Shown piece after piece: positions 1 to 5,770 of a DNA stretch of 10,306 nucleotides. Made by a program: the position numbers and the translations under genes. The notes beneath the pieces are model-generated. The model was not told the origin of the DNA and did not search any database. It was given only the letters and a program-made list of their open reading frames with translations. Source of the stretch: Microcoleaceae cyanobacterium (GTDB lineage: Bacteria; Cyanobacteriota; Cyanobacteriia; Cyanobacteriales; Microcoleaceae); the NCBI GenBank assembly GCA_051652765.1, contig JBOFUV010000005.1:1-10306 (forward strand). The letters are read 5' to 3'. Position 1 is the first letter of the stretch. Every line of letters starts with the position of its first letter.

Positions 1-1718
1 GTGTAGCGAGACAGGGGAGAAGTACAGTGAGTATAGCAATCCAAGGACAAGCCAAAATGCAGCTTGGGGGTTGTACTGTAGACTGCGGGCTTGAGGCTTT
101 CTTCCAACAAATAGGTCAAGACTCGTTCAGCTCGGGATCGAGAGAGGGCCTCGACAAAGTTCTGAAAATCGATCGGTCGGATTTCCTCTTCCTCCTTGAG
201 TTCAAAGTCACAGCCCAAATGATTGGACAGTTTGACCAACTCAGCCACATCATCCAGGTCTGGCGCAGGCTGAATTCGGTAAATGGCTGGAAGTCCCAGG
301 GCTTGCAAGTGACTTGCAATCAACTGATTCGCCAGCACCACCAACTCTGCAATCATCGAATGAGCCGGGGAGAAGGCCGCAACGACCATGGGCCCCAGTT
401 CCCCTTCGTCATTAAAATGGCGGTGAGTATCCAGCAAATTTAATTCAAATGCCCCTCGCTGTTCCCGCAGTTGTCGAACCAACCGACTCACCTCTAGTAA
501 ATCCTCTAAACGAGAACTCAAGTCTGGGTCAGCCGTTTGGGTGTCATCTAGAATCCCCTGGGTTTGCTTATAACTCAAATGTTGCTTGACTTGGATGACA
601 CTGGGCTGAATCTCAAACTCGACAATTTTACCCATCGCACTCAGGGTCACTAAAATTGAAATGGTCAATCGTTCTTGATTGGGCAAGAGGGCAAGGCGAT
701 CGCAACTCAACAGTTCCGGAAAAATCGGGATCAGCTTATCCGCCAAAAATACTGAAATCCCTCGCTTGCGAGCTTCCCGATCCAAGGCAGAATCCGGGGT
801 AATATAGTGCCCTGGGTCAGCCAGATGAATGCCAATCTGCCAATCCCCAGACTCCAGCTTCTCCAAGCTAAAAGCATGATCAACATGGTTGCGCGCTGGA
901 TTATCGGTCTTTTGGGCAACTCCAGAAAATTCAGGGTTCCCTAGGTCAGGTTCAAAGCTAAACGTAAAAAGATCCCGCAGATCCGTTCGCTGCTTTAAAT
1001 CCGTTTTTTTCGGCTTGGCTGGAATCGCTTCGGCTTCTAGTAAAACTCGCTCTGAAAACGAACGCAATAGATCATGCTTGCAACAGACAATATCCAGATC
1101 ATCGGCTTCTTCGGCATCAGAACCCAGAACTTGAACGACCTTGCCCACAGGTCGATGAATCCCAATCGGATAGCGTTGGACTTCGACATGAACCAGATGA
1201 TCAACTGCATGGCCCAGTTCATCTTCGTCATTCAGCAACTCTAGTTCAAACAGGAGTCGATCATCGAGGGGAACGGCTCGATAGCCCGTTTTGGTTTGCT
1301 TAATTCGAGCCAAAACAGAAGGATTTGCCCGCTCCAGAATCAGGTAAACTTCCCCTTCTGGACTACGGCGACGGCTGCCCTCTTTAATGACTCTGACTAG
1401 AACGCGATCGCCGTTCCAAGCGGTGCTGAGGTGGCTTTCTCGAATGTAGACATCCTCTGCCCCTTCAACATCTTGAATTGCAAAGCAAAACCCTTTACTA
1501 GAACATCGCAACTTGGCCTCGACGACCCCATCCTGTTCAATTCGACGGTAGCGCCCCTTATCTTTTTCAAGCAGACCAATTCGTTCTAAGGCATCAAGGG
1601 CAACTTGAAACTTGCGAATGCTTTCTTCGTCAGGGGCGAGCTTTTTTTCTAAAACCTTAGGGGCAATTGACTTGTCCTCTGAAAAATGAGCTAGCAGTGT
1701 AGCGATTGAAAATTCCAT
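1..1718 (-). CDS. zam: RNB-domain (RNase II/R family) protein, Zam-like; 3' end runs off the window
   Basis: Manual translation from ATG at 1718 is open to the window edge (~572 codons): MEFSIATLLAHFSEDKSIAPKVLEKKL...LRCSSKGFCFAI...AWNGDRVLVRV (cold-shock/OB region)...RTDLRDL...GIHLADPGHYITPDSALDREARKRGISVFL...HFGLSLDCYTHCTSPLSRY. These are recognisable RNase R/RNB motifs. The MEFSIATLL start and CSSKGFC match my recollection of the cyanobacterial Zam subfamily. It is probably missing from the ORF track because no stop lies in the window. Family call is strong; the symbol is less certain. Confidence 0.88.
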   Translation of the reverse strand, partial: MEFSIATLLAHFSEDKSIAPKVLEKKLAPDEESIRKFQVALDALERIGLLEKDKGRYRRIEQDGVVEAKLRCSSKGFCFAIQDVEGAEDVYIRESHLSTAWNGDRVLVRVIKEGSRRRSPEGEVYLILERANPSVLARIKQTKTGYRAVPLDDRLLFELELLNDEDELGHAVDHLVHVEVQRYPIGIHRPVGKVVQVLGSDAEEADDLDIVCCKHDLLRSFSERVLLEAEAIPAKPKKTDLKQRTDLRDLFTFSFEPDLGNPEFSGVAQKTDNPARNHVDHAFSLEKLESGDWQIGIHLADPGHYITPDSALDREARKRGISVFLADKLIPIFPELLSCDRLALLPNQERLTISILVTLSAMGKIVEFEIQPSVIQVKQHLSYKQTQGILDDTQTADPDLSSRLEDLLEVSRLVRQLREQRGAFELNLLDTHRHFNDEGELGPMVVAAFSPAHSMIAELVVLANQLIASHLQALGLPAIYRIQPAPDLDDVAELVKLSNHLGCDFELKEEEEIRPIDFQNFVEALSRSRAERVLTYLLEESLKPAVYSTTPKLHFGLSLDCYTHCTSPLSRY

Positions 1719-1863
1719 GCAGCGACTAATCCTCGTTGTCTGAATCCATTGCGAACAAATCAGCATAACCGACACAAACTAAAGTCTGTGCAACAGCCTA
1801 CAAGAGCCTTGGATTCCACCATTCCGATTCACGAAGATTTTCCACGCTTGAACCTGAAGACGG

Positions 1864-1872
1864 TGATACAAT
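1864..1872 (+). promoter_or_regulatory. Candidate extended -10 promoter element (TGA-TACAAT) for the 2109 gene
   Basis: TGnTACAAT fits the extended -10 pattern, about 235 nt upstream of ATG 2109. There is no correctly spaced -35. Motif match only. Confidence 0.25.
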
Positions 1873-2108
1873 GAACAGCGACATCCCCCACAATCACGAC
1901 AGTGGATAGGATTGGGAACCCGTGCCTCCTGAGTCTGCCTCCAACTGCTTACCTAGATTTTATCTTCGAGAACAGTGTTCAACAAGAAAGAACTTAGGCG
2001 GTAGCATGAGGAATTGTGACAATAGCATCTGTTGCGTTAGAGGCCAATGCCTAGATAAGTATATCGCAGTTTGGCAGAATAGTTTAGCAATTAGTTTGGA
2101 AACTCTTT

Positions 2109-2864
2109 ATGTTTGCTCAATTTAGAACGCTTTATCCAACTGGAAGCCTCATTTCTGAATTATTGGCAATTACCGAAGGTCATTTTGTCGTCCGGGCGTT
2201 AATCCAAATTGATGGTATAACTCTTGCTACAGGAATAGCAGCAGCCAAAACGGTAGAGCTGGCAGAAGACCAAGCAAAGCGGCGATCGCTCCAAGCCCTA
2301 GGCATCGAAATCCCAATGGCTTCTCCTCAACCCTCCCAAGTCATCAGCAATTCATCCTTGGACTTAGACTTAGACCCAGACTTGGACTTGGCTCAGGAAG
2401 AGCCTGCCTTCATTGCTCCCCCTGAGCTTTCATCCTACACTCCTGTCGGCTCTGACAGTGCTGATGGGGTGAATACAGAAGATTGGCTGTCTGAGACTGA
2501 TTTGAGCCTCACATCTAGCAAAGCTCGAACCCGTGCTGGTTCACCGGCCTTGCCAGAACTTAATCCCGAAGGAACAGGTGAAATTTCACCCCTACCCTTA
2601 GTTCCTGAAACATCTACCACGGGCTCTACTCACAAACAAGCCTCCCGCTCCAAGCGCACTTCAGATGAAGTCACGGATTTTTCCTCTGACATTGCCCAGA
2701 CTGATATTCAACTCAAACGACTCGGCTGGACAGCGGAACAGGGAGTTTCCTATCTCCAAAAAACCTATGGCAAGCGATCGCGCCGCACCCTAACCGAAGA
2801 AGAACTACTGGATTTTCTCCACTATCTAGAGTCTCTGCCCAATCCATCCCAAGGAGATGGGTAA
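2109..2864 (+). CDS. Hypothetical protein (251 aa): folded N-terminal domain, acidic Ser/Pro-rich linker, small helical C-terminal domain
   Basis: Long ORF filling the gap between zam and ctaB. It has domain-like ends (FRTLYPTGSLISELL...ATGIAAAKTVELAEDQAKRRSLQALGI; DIAQTDIQLKRLGWTAEQGVSYLQKTYGKRSRRTLTEEELLDFLHYL) and a low-complexity middle. I recall this pattern in conserved cyanobacterial hypotheticals but cannot name a family. Confidence 0.88.
   Translation: MFAQFRTLYPTGSLISELLAITEGHFVVRALIQIDGITLATGIAAAKTVELAEDQAKRRSLQALGIEIPMASPQPSQVISNSSLDLDLDPDLDLAQEEPAFIAPPELSSYTPVGSDSADGVNTEDWLSETDLSLTSSKARTRAGSPALPELNPEGTGEISPLPLVPETSTTGSTHKQASRSKRTSDEVTDFSSDIAQTDIQLKRLGWTAEQGVSYLQKTYGKRSRRTLTEEELLDFLHYLESLPNPSQGDG
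2358..2390 (+). repeat. In-frame hexamer tandem repeat (TTRGAC)n encoding LDLDLDPDLDL
   Basis: TTGGAC TTAGAC TTAGAC CCAGAC TTGGAC TTG read directly from the sequence. Confidence 0.75.
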
Positions 2865-2888
2865 GAATACCAAAACATTCAATCAACA

Positions 2889-2920
2889 AACAGGGGCCTT
2901 TGAACTAAAATTCCCCTGTT
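2889..2920. terminator. Inverted repeat between convergent genes; possible bidirectional terminator
   Basis: AACAGGGG (2889-2896), a 16-nt loop, then CCCCTGTT (2913-2920), lying between the stops at 2864 and 2955. The loop is large and the U-tracts are short. Confidence 0.45.
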
Positions 2921-2954
2921 AGCCCATAGCAATTTTAAAGTTGGAGAGGAATTC

Positions 2955-3965
2955 CTAACCAACGGTGCTCAAAACATTACTCAAAACCGCTGCAAAACTA
3001 CCGTTCACCAAAGCGTGTAACTGTTCTCCAAGAGTACTAGCCATCCGTTGAGTCACTGGAAGACTGTCAACCACCATGCCAGCACAAAGCAACATCATGT
3101 ACAGAATAGAATACTTAAACAGGGATCGGGCCACCTGTTTGTCTTCGGGAGACTGCAGGAGTTGCCAAGCTTTTTTGACAAAAATTGTTCCTAGCAAGAG
3201 GGCTATTCCAGCATAGACAACGCCGCTGGCATGAAGCGGATACACCATCAGCAAGGTTGTCGGTACCAAAATCAAAGTGTAACCCCAAATTTGCTTGGCA
3301 GTTGGCTCATTTCCGGCAATGACAGGCAACATTGGCACGCCAACTTCCTGATACTCATCTCGAATCATGATCGCTAAAGCCCAGAAATGAGGAGGTGTCC
3401 AGAGGAAAATAATCAGAAAGATGAGCCAAGCTGCCCAGTCCAAGTCCCCCGTGACAGCGGCCCAACCGACTAGGGGAGGAATGGCTCCCGCTGCTCCACC
3501 AATTACAATATTCTGGACACTGGTGCGTTTGAGCCAGTGAGTGTAGATGCCGACATAGAAAACAATCCCTGACATGGCCAACAACGCGGCTAACAGATTA
3601 GCAACTACGGTCAACAACACAAACGAAAGCACAGCCAAAACCACCGCAAAGATCAGGGCATCTTTCGGTTTCACCCGTCCCGAGGGAATCGGTCTCCAAC
3701 GGGTGCGCTCCATGATGTGATCAATATCACTATCGTAAATGCAGTTAATAGTGTTCGCTGAACTCGAGGCAAGAGTGCCTCCTAAGAGCGTGCTTACTAG
3801 GAGCAAGGGATCAACTTCTCCCTTTGCAGCAACCCACATTCCGGCTGCCGTTGTAATCAAAAGCAGGAGAATGATCCGGGGTTTTGTGAGTTGATAATAG
3901 CTTTGGACGACCTGCAATAAATTTTCATGGCGACGGGACGAAGCAGGAATAATAGCGTTTTGCAT
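2955..3965 (-). CDS. ctaB: Protoheme IX farnesyltransferase (heme O synthase)
   Basis: UbiA-family motifs [57 protein letters not shown] and [11 protein letters not shown]. It is a multi-TM protein adjacent to ctaA and the cox operon. Confidence 0.97.
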   Translation of the reverse strand: MQNAIIPASSRRHENLLQVVQSYYQLTKPRIILLLLITTAAGMWVAAKGEVDPLLLVSTLLGGTLASSSANTINCIYDSDIDHIMERTRWRPIPSGRVKPKDALIFAVVLAVLSFVLLTVVANLLAALLAMSGIVFYVGIYTHWLKRTSVQNIVIGGAAGAIPPLVGWAAVTGDLDWAAWLIFLIIFLWTPPHFWALAIMIRDEYQEVGVPMLPVIAGNEPTAKQIWGYTLILVPTTLLMVYPLHASGVVYAGIALLLGTIFVKKAWQLLQSPEDKQVARSLFKYSILYMMLLCAGMVVDSLPVTQRMASTLGEQLHALVNGSFAAVLSNVLSTVG

Positions 3966-4073
3966 AGAAAAAATTGTCCAGTTGATAATGAAAGGTTTAA
4001 AACTTAGATCAATTGTGGGTAGTCTGCTTGGCTTCGAGAAACTGAAGTTACAGACTAAGGTTACGAACCAAAG

Positions 4074-4997
4074 TTACTGATGGCCAATCGCTAATGACTG
4101 CTGGCGATCGCGCCAAGCAAACACAGTAAAGGCCATTAAAGTTCCTAGGAGAATAGCCCCAACCGCCTGATGACTCACAGTTAATGGCTCAACTTGCAAA
4201 TGCAGGCGGAAGGTAGCAAATCCCAATACAAGTTGAGCGATGAGGCATAAACCGATCCAGTGACCCAGCTTACGGAGCCAGGGATGCAGAGCAGAGGTTC
4301 GCTGTGCCAGGAAAACCACCGCTAAACAGGCTACCGTTGCAGGAACAATCCCGATTATGTGGCTATTCATGACAACACAGAGTTGAGAGGCTCCCAAGCA
4401 TTGATGTAGGGCCCAACGGGAAGCCACTAACCCTCCCAGGAGACTTTGGAGGTAGACCAAAACTGCGGCTGTTAACCCTACCCAGGGGAGTTTACCACTA
4501 TTGCCCGTGCCTTGATAAGGCGCTAAACAACAGCCAATCCCCAATAAAGTACAGAAAAATAATAGGGCTGTTCCCAGATGAGCCGTCACGATATCAAACC
4601 GGAGCAGTTCTGTGACGGTCAATCCCCCTAACGCGCCCTGGAATAAAATTAGACCCAGAGCAAATGTAGAGACCCAAGGGAGCCATCGGGGCAGTTCCTG
4701 TCGATACCACCAGGACAAACCCATCAGATAAATCGCACCAAACCCAATCAGGGCAGCATCTAAACGGTGAAACCACTCTAGAAAGACCTGAACATTCATC
4801 TGGGCAGTTGGAACCAATTTGCCATAACACAGAGGCCAATCCGGACAAGCCAGTCCAGCATTCATCACCCGAGTTGCGCTGCCCACAGCCATCAGCAGCA
4901 GCGTTGCCACTCCCAACTTCCAAACAAGGCGACCAACTCTTTCCTGGGGCTGAATACGAACAGAAACTTGTACTGGGTCAAGAAGTGTATTTGCCAT
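4074..4997 (-). CDS. ctaA: Heme A synthase (COX15/CtaA family, type 1)
   Basis: Motifs TRVMNAGLACPDWPLC, EWFHR, LFQGALGGLTV, VTAHLG and a second Cys pair (HQCLGASQLC). I place the start at ATG 4997 (MANTLLDP), preceded by SD-like AGGTGA, rather than the track's GTG at 5006. Confidence 0.95.
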   Translation of the reverse strand: MANTLLDPVQVSVRIQPQERVGRLVWKLGVATLLLMAVGSATRVMNAGLACPDWPLCYGKLVPTAQMNVQVFLEWFHRLDAALIGFGAIYLMGLSWWYRQELPRWLPWVSTFALGLILFQGALGGLTVTELLRFDIVTAHLGTALLFFCTLLGIGCCLAPYQGTGNSGKLPWVGLTAAVLVYLQSLLGGLVASRWALHQCLGASQLCVVMNSHIIGIVPATVACLAVVFLAQRTSALHPWLRKLGHWIGLCLIAQLVLGFATFRLHLQVEPLTVSHQAVGAILLGTLMAFTVFAWRDRQQSLAIGHQ

Positions 4998-5228
4998 GAA
5001 CTTCACCTAGACCTCTAACCACGACATTGACATAAGCGAAACAGCTTAAAGGAAATAATCCAAGAAAAATAAACAGAAAAACCTGCAACTTAGTATCCAT
5101 CAAACTTAAGAATCAGTTCAGACTTCTGATCTGTCTATCTAACAAAAACATACCTACAGATCCAGACTGAAGGGTGTTCAGGACTCGCAAAACCAATCAA
5201 AACCAACTTCCCAAATCCCTCACAAATC

Positions 5229-5246
5229 CCTTTAACAATCTGTAAC
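5229..5246 (-). promoter_or_regulatory. HLR1-like direct repeat (possible RpaB site)
   Basis: The minus strand reads GTTACAGA-TT-GTTAAAGG, versus the HLR1 consensus (G/T)TTACA(T/A)(T/A)-N2-(G/T)TTACA(T/A)(T/A). The 10-bp period is correct, with 4 mismatches. Confidence 0.35.
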
Positions 5247-5606
5247 ACACCTCTGATCTACCATAACGAGGGAATCCAAATATGGACAGAGTTTTAGAAA
5301 GTTTTCGGATTCTTGAGCTAGTATTGCAAAATATTACGGAGTGGGATTGGACTTAAGAAAAAATTAAATTTTTGAGACTATAGACTTAAACACACCAAGA
5401 ACCCAGATGAAACCGGGCTTTTGTGACCCAACTGTCTTTTAAGTAGATTGGCATGGTCTGAACCTTGGTTGAAAAAACATTGACAGAAGCGATAAGCTCA
5501 CAGAGAGTGTCTGCGTGCAGTAGAGATAAGAAGTTAGTGAGATCTGAGACAAGAAAAAATCCTAAAGAAAATCCTAAGTATGGCCAGATCGGGGCAGGCC
5601 CTTCGT

Positions 5607-5622
5607 TGTGATCTGTTTTACA
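5607..5622. promoter_or_regulatory. CRP-family (NtcA/CRP-like) site upstream of ctaC
   Basis: TGTGATCTGTTTTACA reads as TGTGA-N6-TTACA (CRP core, 1 mismatch) and as TGTG-N8-TACA (NtcA core TGTA-N8-TACA, 1 mismatch). Confidence 0.4.
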
Positions 5623-5757
5623 GAGAGAGGGATTCTAGATTGAAAATAAACCTGTTTAGTCTCTACAATTTCCTAATTTCAAGCTTCTCTGACCCTTCAC
5701 TCAAAACAGTAGAGTCATTAATCACAGCATTTCTTCAGATCCTGGGAAATGCGGAGA

Positions 5758-5766
5758 TAAGGAGGT
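5758..5766 (+). promoter_or_regulatory. Shine-Dalgarno sequence of ctaC
   Basis: TAAGGAGGT lies 4 nt before the TTG at 5771. Confidence 0.8.
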
Positions 5767-5770
5767 ATTT

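Noticed and set aside
27..1579. Six short ORFs in the track (27..443, 116..319, 731..919, 889..1134, 1037..1231, 1397..1579)
   Set aside because: All are antisense or off-frame shadows of the continuous Zam-like CDS (1718 to the edge).
1970..1980. Palindrome GAACA-G-TGTTC resembling a LexA box upstream of the putative annealing protein
   Set aside because: The spacing is GAAC-N3-GTTC, whereas Gram-positive and cyanobacterial LexA boxes need N4. It cannot be used as support for a DNA-repair role.
1922..2125. 67-aa Cys-rich ORF upstream of the hypothetical gene
   Set aside because: GTG start without a convincing SD, no recognisable motif, and it overlaps the next start. Probably spurious.
4998..5006. 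Track's GTG start for ctaA at 5006
   Set aside because: That GTG lies inside the SD-like AGGTGA. ATG 4997 is better positioned.
5321..5337. GTA...TAC as an NtcA site
   Set aside because: The spacing is N11, not N8.
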